A DNA stretch of 63,846 nt, the filler included, from Octopus bimaculoides (taxonomy: Eukaryota), in the NCBI RefSeq assembly GCF_001194135.2. It is 4 parts of 4 records of this genome, joined end to end, with 100 filler letters (N's around TTAATTAATTAA, not from the genome) between each part and the next. Parts side by side here need not be neighbours in the genome. Positions count along the whole stretch, not along the records: positions 61,673 to 63,846 come from NC_068987.1; 3 more parts are not named here. One strand, written 5' to 3'. Position numbers and translations under genes: made by a program. Below the pieces are notes generated by a model that had not been told where the DNA came from, made no database searches, and saw only the letters and a list, made by a program, of their open reading frames with translations. Positions 62,114-63,846 of this stretch are shown piece by piece (position 1 is the stretch's first letter; each line of letters starts with the position of its first letter).

Positions 62114-62520
62114 TAGGCGCAGGAGTGGCTGTGTGGTAAGTAGCTTACTCACCAACCACATGGTTCCGGGTTCAGTCGCACTGCGTAGCACCTTGGGCAA
62201 GTGTCTTCTACTATAGCCTCGGGCCGACCAAAGCCTTGCGGGTGGATTTGGTAGACGGAAACTGAAAGAAGCCCGTCGTATATATGTATATGTATGTGTA
62301 TATGTGTGTTTGTGTATCTGTGTTTGACCCCCCCCCCCACAAACATCGCTTGACAACCGATGCTGGTGTGTTTATGTCCCCGTAACTTAGCGGTTCGGCA
62401 AAAGAAACCGATAGAAAAAGTACTAGGTTTACAAAGAATAAGTCCGGGGGTCGGTTTGCTCGACTAAAGGCGATGCTCCAGCATGGCCACAGTCAAATGA
62501 CTGAAACAAGTAAAAGAGAG
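62114..62520 (+). mobile_element. SINE family A, full length
   Basis: taggcgcaggagtggctgtgtggtaag head to aagtaaaagagag tail. Confidence 0.93.
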
Positions 62521-63377
62521 TAACAACATCGACAATGTCGTGGTCGCCGTCGTCTTCGTTGTGGCGGCGGTGGTCGTCTGTCAGCAGAAATATCTAGAGA
62601 AGCGACATCTGGTGATAGCAATGTGCAGCATGTCACAATTTCTGAGAAATCGTATCTGAAATGTCGGCTGTCATAATTTTCAATGCAAGCTTTAAACAAA
62701 CCTCTCATGCCAGGTCTTTGCCGGCGGACTTCATCCTGGCAAAAGCATTGAAACCTCGTTCACTCTCGTTCATTCTCGTTCATTCTCGCTCATTCTCACT
62801 CTGTCTTCTTCTCTCCTCTGTTTCGTTCGTTTGTCTCACCTACTCTCGCTTTCTCTTCCCTCCTCTCTCTTAGTCCTCCTCCCCGCCTGTCCGTCTTTCT
62901 CTCTCTCTTTCTCACTCCCTCGTTATGTCTTTCTCTTCTCTTCTCCGCCAACCCTCTCTATTACTCACTCTCTTTCTGTTTTACTCATTCTTCCCCTCTC
63001 TTTCTTTCTGTCTTTCCTCCTTTCTCTCTCTTTCTCTCTCCCCTCTTCCTTATTCTTCACTGTTACTCTCTGTCTCTTTCTCCCAGTAATATTTGCACAT
63101 TGTGTGCGCGCGCGCGTATGTAATGTGTGTGTATATGTGTGAGTGCGTGTGTATGTGTGTGTGGGCTCGTGTGTGGGCTCGTGTGTGTGCGTGTGTGTGT
63201 GTCTGACTATGTATGCATGTATGGTGCTATCAAGATAGATTTTGATTAGACCGAAATTCCAAAACCTAAGCTACGGAATTGTGTGTGTGTGTATATATAG
63301 ATATATGTATACATATATAGACATATATATGTATAAATATATATGTACATATATGTGTATATAATATGTATATAAGA

Positions 63378-63492
63378 ATGTATGTATGTACGTATGTATG
63401 CATGTATGTATGTATGTATGTATGTATGTATGTATGTATGTACGTATGTATGTATGTATGTATGTATGTATGTATGTATGTATGTATGTATG

Positions 63493-63536
<44 letters not shown>
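63378..63536. repeat. (TATG)n(TATC)n microsatellite
   Basis: Seen directly. Confidence 0.97.
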
Positions 63537-63537
<1 letters not shown>

Positions 63538-63846
63538 GTACACGATCCCTATTGATCGGCTTTCCCCATGTTTTTTTTCACGATCTCTTTTGATCGAAAT
63601 TCTACCCACTTTCCTCTTTTTTTTTTCTTTGTTCCGCCAAAAGAAAAGCTCTACATTGTATTTTGTTCACTTTCTGTATTTAGCCCTGTGTGGCCATAAT
63701 AAAAAGATCAAGGTTACCGTGGTCTTTTCCGTAGGCTTTTCTTTCCACGGCCAAACCTAAACTGTCCTCCCCTCTTTTACACGAGAACATTACTGTGTGA
63801 TACACGATCCCTATTGATCGGCCTTTCCTTTTTTTTTTTTTTTTTT

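Overview
AT-rich, microsatellite-dense, gapped animal genomic DNA. The SINE/LINE landscape looks most like an octopod cephalopod; this is inferred from the repeats and cannot be confirmed here. One protein-coding gene can be rebuilt from splice sites and frame continuity: a six-exon, 268-aa METTL24-like SAM-dependent methyltransferase with an N-terminal membrane anchor (minus strand, 20980 to 7445). A second intact first exon (2086-2178) and its duplicated upstream block point to a tandem paralog. Most of the rest is transposon debris: several SINE-like families; RTE, R4/Dong, CRE and Tx1 non-LTR elements; Penelope-like elements; Copia, piggyBac and Tc1 fragments; MITEs. Three 100-bp N-TTAATTAATTAA-N pads are artificial joins. 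The most interesting items are: (i) a tRNA-Thr-like cloverleaf on a roughly 21-bp extended stem inside a 292-bp terminally redundant, TSD-flanked insertion; (ii) seven minimal hammerhead-ribozyme candidates, five with palindromic stem-III tetraloops, including an inverted pair in a 380-bp foldback inside a METTL24-like intron; (iii) an intronless acidic orphan ORF (30067-30618); (iv) a non-coding element that appears to share the (TAA)n target of R4/Dong elements. All assignments come from reading the sequence; no database search or folding program was run. Repeat boundaries are approximate.
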